Source: Acidobacteriota bacterium (GTDB lineage Bacteria; Acidobacteriota; Blastocatellia; RBC074). Taken from it: a DNA stretch of 26,007 nucleotides. A program made the translations under genes and the position numbers. Positions within the stretch are counted from its first letter, which is position 1; each line of letters begins with the position of its first letter. The notes beneath the pieces were generated by a model. The model ran no database searches. It saw only the letters and a program-made list of their open reading frames with translations, and was not told the origin of the DNA. The stretch is taken from positions 1 to 26,007 of the forward strand of contig JBDTUW010000001.1 in the NCBI GenBank assembly GCA_040007555.1, given 5' to 3'. Positions 17,690 through 24,062 of this stretch are shown in pieces.

Positions 17690-18916
17690 CTATTGGCTTC
17701 CAGCGCGATGCTTCCGCAGTACGTCCGCGCCCAGTATCCTGTCGAGAGGAACCAGCTTGAAGTTTTGATTACCCTTGTCGTTGAAGCCGTCCTGCGCGAC
17801 AAAGACTCCATGCGGGAACGCTGGACCGAGGGGCGCCATGAGGACATCGATGCCATCAGTCTCCTCCGCGCCGTCAACCGATTCCGACGGGATGATACGG
17901 AACGTCTTAACGAAAGCGTGCCCTGCCTCCCGGCGATACACGACATAGGTGTGATTGCCCTGACTCGAGGCCATAAGGAATCCGGTGCCGTCCGGTCCAT
18001 AAGCAATCGCTAGTCCTTCGACATCGGCGACCAGGTGGCCGCCCGGGCCGGTCTTATCTACCTGCTTTCTCTCCTGACCAGTCTCCGGCTCCGCTCCGTA
18101 CTTCCAGATCCCGACAGCTTCTTCTGAAACGTAGAAGTGACCCAGCTCATCGTCGGCGACGCAGCCTTCGACAACGCTGCCTACATTGAAAGCTCTCACC
18201 TTCTTGCCGTCGACCTTGCCTTGTCCATTATCAAAAAGCTCCCACTGTTCAACATTACCGGTCTTGCCGGTGACGAAATAGTAGACCTTTTCCGTTTTCG
18301 GATTGCGGTACATGCAAGAGCCGTAGGTCGCCATCGTGGTGATAGTTCTGGCCGCGACATTCTCAAGCTGACGCGTCTGTGGGTTGACGCGAAAGATTGA
18401 GATCGAATTGTCGGTGCGATTCCCACCCGTGACGAGGGCAATTCTCTCTCCACCGAGCTTGAATCCAGCCCGAAGATCGACGTTGTCAATCATACCGGCC
18501 TTCAGATACTGCAGTTCCTTACCGGAAAGATCGTAAACCGCCAGGCCGCCGCGCTTGTCAGTGCCGATGATCGTGCTCTGGGAAATATCGTTCGGATTGA
18601 CCCAGATGGCCGGATCGTCGGCCGCATCACCAGGGCTTGGCACTGGGTGCGTTTCTACAGAAGCTGTCACGCTTTCAATTGTCCGACCGCTGGGATCTGT
18701 GGTGTTGCCAGCTGTCATACTGACCGAGGGCGCCGTATTCTGCCTTTGAGTCAAGCTACTGGACGAACTCGATTTGCTGCTCTTTTCGTGCTTTTTCTCT
18801 TTCGGCTTGTCCTTCGCCTTCTCGTCCTGACCAAATACCGCCATCGAAAGCAGCGTCATTAATACCAGGGCGAGCGAGGCGACCATCTTTCTCTCATTCC
18901 TTCTACTGACGGTCAT
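17690..18916 (-). CDS. phy: Secreted beta-propeller (Ca-dependent, Bacillus PhyC-type) phytase
   Basis: Signal peptide; hallmark motifs [71 protein letters not shown]. Confidence 0.93.
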   Translation of the reverse strand: MTVSRRNERKMVASLALVLMTLLSMAVFGQDEKAKDKPKEKKHEKSSKSSSSSSLTQRQNTAPSVSMTAGNTTDPSGRTIESVTASVETHPVPSPGDAADDPAIWVNPNDISQSTIIGTDKRGGLAVYDLSGKELQYLKAGMIDNVDLRAGFKLGGERIALVTGGNRTDNSISIFRVNPQTRQLENVAARTITTMATYGSCMYRNPKTEKVYYFVTGKTGNVEQWELFDNGQGKVDGKKVRAFNVGSVVEGCVADDELGHFYVSEEAVGIWKYGAEPETGQERKQVDKTGPGGHLVADVEGLAIAYGPDGTGFLMASSQGNHTYVVYRREAGHAFVKTFRIIPSESVDGAEETDGIDVLMAPLGPAFPHGVFVAQDGFNDKGNQNFKLVPLDRILGADVLRKHRAGSQ

Positions 18917-19024
18917 AATCCGGGGTCCTTTCCATTTGCATTTACTTATCTGCCAGGGTCGCTCTCTTCGATGACATAAGTGGCGGCTGGTGTTGCCAGA
19001 TAATCGGCACCGGCTAAATTAGTT

Positions 19025-19867
19025 TCAGGAATGGTCGAGAATAAACCTGGAAATCCGGTCACCGCCACCTGGTACACCCTTAAACCCCGGAAAACAATTG
19101 ACTTCTATTACCGAGTAGCCCTTTTTGGTCTTCACCAGATCGACACCGTAGAGCTGCAGCCCAAAGAGTTCTCCGCACCGTCGAACCAGATCCTCCAGTT
19201 CGGGGTCGCTCTCGACCGGTATCCCGTCCTTCTCGGCGCGGGTCGTTGCCGGAAATATTCGCTTGATGGTATGAACGAAATCACCGACAGCATACGCTTT
19301 GTAGTCGTAGGGTTCGTGTTCTTCGTACTCCTGGGCAAAAACCAGGCGATCGCCGAGTGCGGTGCCGTCCTCGCCTCCGTCGTCATCCGCGGGAGGTGTT
19401 TCAGCGGTGCGTTTCTCGAGGAGCCGGTCGAAGTCGGCCTCGGTCAGGCAGATCTCGATGCCCTGACCTCGTCGCCCTCGATACGGTTTAACGATGACAG
19501 GCATCTGTTGAACGATCGGGCGCAATGTCTCGATATTGTCCGTCACAAACGTCCTGGGCGTGGGAATCCCCGCCTGCAAAAGCATGGTGCAGGTCAGGAC
19601 CTTGTCGCGGACCTTCATGGTCGCCGGATACTGGTTGAGCAGTGTGCAGCCGCGAAAGTGGGCGGCCGCAGCCAGCGACTCCGCAAGTGGAGAATGGGAT
19701 TTGAAGAGATAAAGATCATAGTCGAAGGCGAAGTTCCCGAGGTCGACAAGCCCGGTTCGCTCGGTGACGATCTCAACATCGGCGCCACTCGACTTCAGTC
19801 CTTCAATGATTTGATACGTCACTGAACTTGGACTTCTTGGCGGTTCCATCAGAAAGCAAATGCGCAT
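19025..19867 (-). CDS. ATP-grasp enzyme 4 (ITPK1-like motifs; would be auto-annotated RimK-like), 280 aa
   Basis: [65 protein letters not shown]; start set at ATG 19867 (GGAG RBS) instead of 19936. Confidence 0.88.
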   Translation of the reverse strand: MRICFLMEPPRSPSSVTYQIIEGLKSSGADVEIVTERTGLVDLGNFAFDYDLYLFKSHSPLAESLAAAAHFRGCTLLNQYPATMKVRDKVLTCTMLLQAGIPTPRTFVTDNIETLRPIVQQMPVIVKPYRGRRGQGIEICLTEADFDRLLEKRTAETPPADDDGGEDGTALGDRLVFAQEYEEHEPYDYKAYAVGDFVHTIKRIFPATTRAEKDGIPVESDPELEDLVRRCGELFGLQLYGVDLVKTKKGYSVIEVNCFPGFKGVPGGGDRISRFILDHS

Positions 19868-19945
19868 TGTTGGTCTCCAGGTCGGTTTGTGGAAAACATC
19901 AGGTTGACTATCACGGGAGTGCCCCGTCCTATTCAATTCAATATG

Positions 19946-19991
19946 CGATGGTCATTATTCGATGGCAATTATTCGATGGCAATTATTCGAT
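19946..19991. repeat. Tandem repeat, 3 x 14 bp plus 4 (CGATGGCAATTATT)
   Basis: CGATGGTCATTATT, CGATGGCAATTATT, CGATGGCAATTATT, CGAT; overlaps the MFS stop codon. Confidence 0.9.
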
Positions 19992-21224
19992 CGGCCGGAT
20001 TACTGGTTGCGGAGTTCCCGCGGGAGCCGGCGTGTTGATTCTCAATGCATAGACCTCGCCGATCAATGCCAGAAGCAGTCGCACCGCAAACAATACAGGT
20101 ACTCCCCAGAAATGCCACAGCAGGCCGCCCAGGATTGGTCCGAGGGTCTCTCCCAGACCCTCCCCGAGACTGAGGAAGCCCATCGTTCTCGCTCGCCTTC
20201 GCCGGTCGTGATTTGACATCTGGGCCATGAGCGCGCCCCAGGCAGGGCGAAACGCTGCCTTCCCCAGACTGTCCGCAATACTCGCGACAGCCATCCCACC
20301 GAATGATGGCAGCAGCCAGTAGAGCAGGGACGAAACCGAATTCGCAACTCCCCGCACCATAAGGACCGCCTTGCGACTGACATTGTCAGAGAACCAGCCG
20401 AAGAGTGGACCGGAGACGAGCAGTATTGCGACCGAAAGGGCGTAGATCAAACTTGTCTGAGCGACACTCAATCCGGCGTACTCGGTCGCGAGCAGCGGGA
20501 AGAGCTGCTGTACCATATGGGCCGTGGTGGCCAGCAGGAATCCCAGGACAGCCACCGAGAAGAGCGTTCTTCGTCGCGGTTTCGCGTCTGTCATCAATTC
20601 CGCCGCCTGCGCGGCCATCTCATCCCCAGAGCGTTCTTCTTCATGCCTCCGGGGTGAGCGAACGTATCGGACCACGACATACAATGGCAGGACCGACAGC
20701 GTGAATGCGATGAGAAAGACCGTCGAGTAATTGGTTCCGGTCCAGACCAGCAGCAGCCCGCCAAGCGCCTTCCCGATCGAACCTGCGACCATCTTGGCTG
20801 TCGAATACCACGCGAATGAAGAGCCCATGGTTCGCGGTTCGCTGTTCTCCGCAATCAGCGCATTGACCGATGGGTCTCGTAAAGACTCTGAAACTCCGTG
20901 GAGCAGCCGAATGCTATAAACCTGCCACGGTAGCGTTGCGAACGCGAGCAGGAGTGCGACTGCGCTCCGTAACGCGATTGCAACGGTCAGACTGAGTCGC
21001 AGCCCAACCCTATCGGCAACCCATCCCATCAGTGGCTTGAACACCTGCTCAGCGATGAGATTGAGAGAAAAGAGAAAACCAACCTCGGTCAGGGTCAGTC
21101 CCAGCTTGCGGTAGGCATAGAGCGGCAGCGCGAAGCTGATAATCCCGAAACTCAACCGCGAAGAGAAGCCTTCCGAGAGAATGGCAACGAGCGATGGGTT
21201 GATTGGTTTCCGGCCCGAAAGCAT
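19983..21224 (-). CDS. MFS transporter, 413 aa, paralogue of the MFS domain in 12859-15849
   Basis: About 12 hydrophobic segments; motif [11 protein letters not shown] and [10 protein letters not shown]; colinear shared motifs with the fusion protein. Confidence 0.92.
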   Translation of the reverse strand: MLSGRKPINPSLVAILSEGFSSRLSFGIISFALPLYAYRKLGLTLTEVGFLFSLNLIAEQVFKPLMGWVADRVGLRLSLTVAIALRSAVALLLAFATLPWQVYSIRLLHGVSESLRDPSVNALIAENSEPRTMGSSFAWYSTAKMVAGSIGKALGGLLLVWTGTNYSTVFLIAFTLSVLPLYVVVRYVRSPRRHEEERSGDEMAAQAAELMTDAKPRRRTLFSVAVLGFLLATTAHMVQQLFPLLATEYAGLSVAQTSLIYALSVAILLVSGPLFGWFSDNVSRKAVLMVRGVANSVSSLLYWLLPSFGGMAVASIADSLGKAAFRPAWGALMAQMSNHDRRRRARTMGFLSLGEGLGETLGPILGGLLWHFWGVPVLFAVRLLLALIGEVYALRINTPAPAGTPQPVIRPIE

Positions 21225-21284
21225 CGACCGTCTCTTCCGCCCTCGTTTGCCGCGTCCTCGCAGACAGCCGGAGCCCCTTTAGCG

Positions 21285-22133
21285 CTAGTCCGCTGCCACG
21301 CCCCGGGGAACGCTCGGTGCGCCGGGAGACCTCAGTTCAAACCTGCCCTGGGCGTAGCCATCGATGTAATCGGCAATCATGATCGCCGCATCTGGCACGC
21401 CCTTGTAGCCGGGGAAGTAGTTGACGTCGACAACAAACGGGCCGTCCGGACTTTCGATTATGTCCAGACCATAGAGACCGAGACCGCACACTTCACCGAC
21501 GCGAAGAGATATCTGCCGAATTTCCTCGCTGATGGGCACTGGCCGGCCCGCTACCGCAAAGCTCGTTTCGGAGAACGGCTTTTGAACGCCAAACACCTGG
21601 TCACCAACAACGTAAACCTTCAGGTCCTCACCCGAACCGGGTTTGAATTCCTGAACGATAACCGGGAAGTCCGGAGCCGTGTGCTTTGAGAGCTGCTCGG
21701 GGTTATCCACCTTGATAATTCCCGCGCCTCGATGTCCCATATAGGGCTTGATGATCAGCGAAGTTGTCGCGGCCAGATCTGCCAGAAGGGAGAAGTCCCC
21801 CGTCACCCAGGAACGCGGCGCCGGAACCCCAGCTTCACGCAAAAGCCTTGAGACGATGATCTTGTTTTGAGTCATTGCGCAGGAAGGGTACGGATTGAGA
21901 AGCCGCGCGCCCTGAGTGTAGAGCACCCCCGCCAGACCCAAAGACAGTTCAGTATGCGATTTCAGGATATAAAGGTCGTGCTCAACCTCGACCGCATCAC
22001 AGGGTGTGAGCACCTCCTCAGCGATACTCTCGACGATCTCGTAACCGCGCTTTCGCAGCAGATCATAGGCCTCAACCAAAATCGGACTTGGTACGGGTGG
22101 GACCCGACGGACGACTAGAAAAGACAGTTTCAT
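21285..22133 (-). CDS. ATP-grasp enzyme 3 (closest to ITPK1-type motifs), 282 aa
   Basis: [70 protein letters not shown]. Confidence 0.9.
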   Translation of the reverse strand: MKLSFLVVRRVPPVPSPILVEAYDLLRKRGYEIVESIAEEVLTPCDAVEVEHDLYILKSHTELSLGLAGVLYTQGARLLNPYPSCAMTQNKIIVSRLLREAGVPAPRSWVTGDFSLLADLAATTSLIIKPYMGHRGAGIIKVDNPEQLSKHTAPDFPVIVQEFKPGSGEDLKVYVVGDQVFGVQKPFSETSFAVAGRPVPISEEIRQISLRVGEVCGLGLYGLDIIESPDGPFVVDVNYFPGYKGVPDAAIMIADYIDGYAQGRFELRSPGAPSVPRGVAAD

Positions 22134-22153
22134 TCGTTCACCTCAATGTAGAC

Positions 22154-22972
22154 CTACGCCAGATATTCAACTGAAGGGCGACTTAAGTAATCAGTAATGT
22201 AGTCGGCCAGCCGCAGGCCGGCATCCGGAACGCCCTTGAATCCCGGGAAGGTATTAATGTCGACCACATATTCGCGACCGCCGCTGATGACGATATCCAG
22301 ACCGTAAAGATCGATCCCAAATGCTTCGCCGCAGCGATCGGAAATCTCGAGCATCGATGGGGTTAGTTCAAACGCCTCGCCAAGCTTGTCCTCGATTGTT
22401 CGCGCCGGCCAGACACGCCGGACGCCGAATGAGGAGTTCCCGATGCGATATATCTTGTAGTCGCGACCTTCCGGTTGATGATACCGCTGCGCAAAGAACA
22501 TCCCCTGGTCTTGAGACAGGGTCTCCAATTCCTCACGCGTCCGGACAATCTGGACGCCGCGCCCCTGCGATCCTCCCAGATAGGGCTTGACCACGAGCGG
22601 TCCCTCATCGAGCAGGTTGGCAAGCTGCGACGCCTCCGAGGCGATGAAGGCTTCCGGCGCCGGCACTTCAGCATCTGTAAGAATCCGGTTCGCGAGGACC
22701 TTATCCTTCATCTGGATGACGACTTCATAGGGATTGAGAATCCGCGCACCCGCGACGTCGAGAACCGAAGCGTAGGCGAGGGCGGCAGGTGTCCCCGCCT
22801 TGAGGACATACAAATCATAGTCGACATCAAGGCTCCCGACATCGATGGCGGAGTCGTCCGGATAGATGAATTCCAGGGAATGCCCACGTTCAGCGAGCTT
22901 TTCCCCGACATCCATCATAACCGAGCCCTCACGGCCCGGCTTTTTTCGCGTTGTCAACAGACCCACTCTCAT
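22154..22972 (-). CDS. ATP-grasp enzyme 2 (ITPK1-like motifs), 272 aa
   Basis: [73 protein letters not shown]; ATGA overlap with the upstream gene. Confidence 0.9.
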   Translation of the reverse strand: MRVGLLTTRKKPGREGSVMMDVGEKLAERGHSLEFIYPDDSAIDVGSLDVDYDLYVLKAGTPAALAYASVLDVAGARILNPYEVVIQMKDKVLANRILTDAEVPAPEAFIASEASQLANLLDEGPLVVKPYLGGSQGRGVQIVRTREELETLSQDQGMFFAQRYHQPEGRDYKIYRIGNSSFGVRRVWPARTIEDKLGEAFELTPSMLEISDRCGEAFGIDLYGLDIVISGGREYVVDINTFPGFKGVPDAGLRLADYITDYLSRPSVEYLA

Positions 22973-23799
22973 CTCGCGCGTTCCTCCCGCGCCCGGGTGG
23001 CGACATAATCCGCCAACCGATCATCCGCCTCAGGAACGGACGTGTAGTTGGGGAAATCGTTGATTTCGATGACAAGCGGACCCGCCGCGCTCAGAATGCA
23101 GTCGACGCCATAGAGCTCGAGACCAAATATCTCTCCACATCGCCGGCCAAGAGCCTCGAGTTCCGGTGTCAGTTCGAGCTCGCCTGCCCTCGATTCCTCA
23201 TCTGCTCGTCGCGGATTGAAAGGCGAAGGCTTGAGGATGGCCCAGACTTTGTCCCCGATTCCGTATAGCTTTAGGTCATAACCGTCGGTCTGATGATAGC
23301 TCTGCGCCAGCGCCACCGGTTCAGGCCAATCAACAGTTGCCATTTCGTCGGGTGTCCGGACCACCTGCAAACCACGGCAGTTGTCGCCAAATATTGGCTT
23401 GAGGATCAGCGGGTAGTGATCAATTGCGACCTCTCTCGCAAGCTCTGAGGTTGCCCCAAGGTAGGTTTGAGGCGTGGGGAGATCGCTGCCAGCAAGCGCC
23501 ACCGCCATATTTGCCTTGTTGTGAACGGCTGCAATCGCATCGCGTCGATTGATGGTCGTGACGCCACGGTCTTCCGCCCATCCGAGCAGGCAGAGCAGGC
23601 CCCAACTTCGGCCACGGCCGACGATCAGATCGAGCCCCTCGAGCCACGAATCATCTCCCATTGTGAAGAGAGATGCTTCCGGATCAATGAGCACGATGTC
23701 GTGGCCAGCCTTCCTCAGGGCGGTGAGCATGCCACTCGGCTGGCTTTGTGCAAGGTAGCGCTTCTCGGCGAGTACGCCGATTTTCAAATGGTCACCCAT
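22969..23799 (-). CDS. ATP-grasp enzyme 1 (most divergent paralogue), 276 aa
   Basis: DLIVGRGR, TINR, HNK, LILKPIFGDNCRG, AQSY, DLKLYGIGD, LYGVDCI, IEINDFPNY.SVP. Confidence 0.88.
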   Translation of the reverse strand: MGDHLKIGVLAEKRYLAQSQPSGMLTALRKAGHDIVLIDPEASLFTMGDDSWLEGLDLIVGRGRSWGLLCLLGWAEDRGVTTINRRDAIAAVHNKANMAVALAGSDLPTPQTYLGATSELAREVAIDHYPLILKPIFGDNCRGLQVVRTPDEMATVDWPEPVALAQSYHQTDGYDLKLYGIGDKVWAILKPSPFNPRRADEESRAGELELTPELEALGRRCGEIFGLELYGVDCILSAAGPLVIEINDFPNYTSVPEADDRLADYVATRAREERAR

Positions 23800-23927
23800 A
23801 TTATTGGTTTCGAGTCTGACGGTACCGAATTCCGGAAAACGGGCCCGGAAAGTCCAGCGTATGAAAGGATCTCGCTGTCCGGATCAACCGGGCTCCGGCG
23901 AAATAGCGATGCTCCATCGAGCGGGGG

Positions 23928-23955
23928 ATTATAGAACGTTCGCGCGACGGGACAA
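23928..23955 (-). promoter_or_regulatory. Candidate sigma70 promoter of the ATP-grasp/MFS/phytase operon
   Basis: Minus strand TTGTCC-N16-TATAAT (perfect -10), about 120 nt upstream of ATG 23799. Confidence 0.55.
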
Positions 23956-23964
23956 AGGAAAATA

Positions 23965-23993
23965 TTGATCGGCAAGGAGTACTGGTGTAATCT
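23965..23993 (+). promoter_or_regulatory. Candidate sigma70 promoter of the FHA-TPR gene
   Basis: TTGATC-N17-TAATCT; its -35 lies 9 bp from the -35 of the divergent promoter. Confidence 0.55.
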
Positions 23994-24062
23994 GCCCGCT
24001 GATCAAGATCATCGGGCGGCTTTCACAAACGGGCGGATCGAGGTGGTGAGGAAGCGATTTCT

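Noticed and set aside
17521-18006. 161-aa minus-strand ORF bridging phytase and propeller
   Set aside because: Overlaps the phytase in another frame and runs through the terminator and promoter; Arg/Ser-rich shadow composition
16514-18013. 499-aa plus-strand ORF with ([12 protein letters not shown])n repeats resembling a metal-binding protein
   Set aside because: Antisense to the propeller and phytase genes; the Cys repeats are the 18-bp VNTR read on the other strand; the rest has no domain-like features
19031-19825. 264-aa plus-strand ORF
   Set aside because: Fully antisense to ATP-grasp 4; no motifs
2568-19936. Longer starts given by the ORF track (2568, 11575, 12139, 19936)
   Set aside because: They overlap upstream genes or promoter elements or lack an RBS; downstream starts 2703, 11497, 12178 and 19867 fit family N-termini and, for 11497 and 19867, have clear Shine-Dalgarno sequences
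17238-19991. 18-bp and 14-bp repeats as possible CRISPR arrays
   Set aside because: Units are directly adjacent with no unique spacers, are too short, and no cas genes are present
15962-23799. Graspetide/RiPP cluster (ATP-grasp ligases plus repeat-containing precursor)
   Set aside because: The only repeat peptide (VAAPAA) has no Thr/Ser/Lys or Asp/Glu for ester or amide crosslinks and sits in a secreted propeller; no short precursor or leader motif was found. A small-molecule ligase role is not fully excluded and remains the main alternative to the kinase hypothesis
23800-23921. Riboswitch in the ~120-nt leader of the ATP-grasp operon
   Set aside because: Only short CCGG-based stems are visible (e.g. 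TTCCGG-N9-CCGGAA); no known aptamer or terminator pattern recognised; an Rfam scan would settle it
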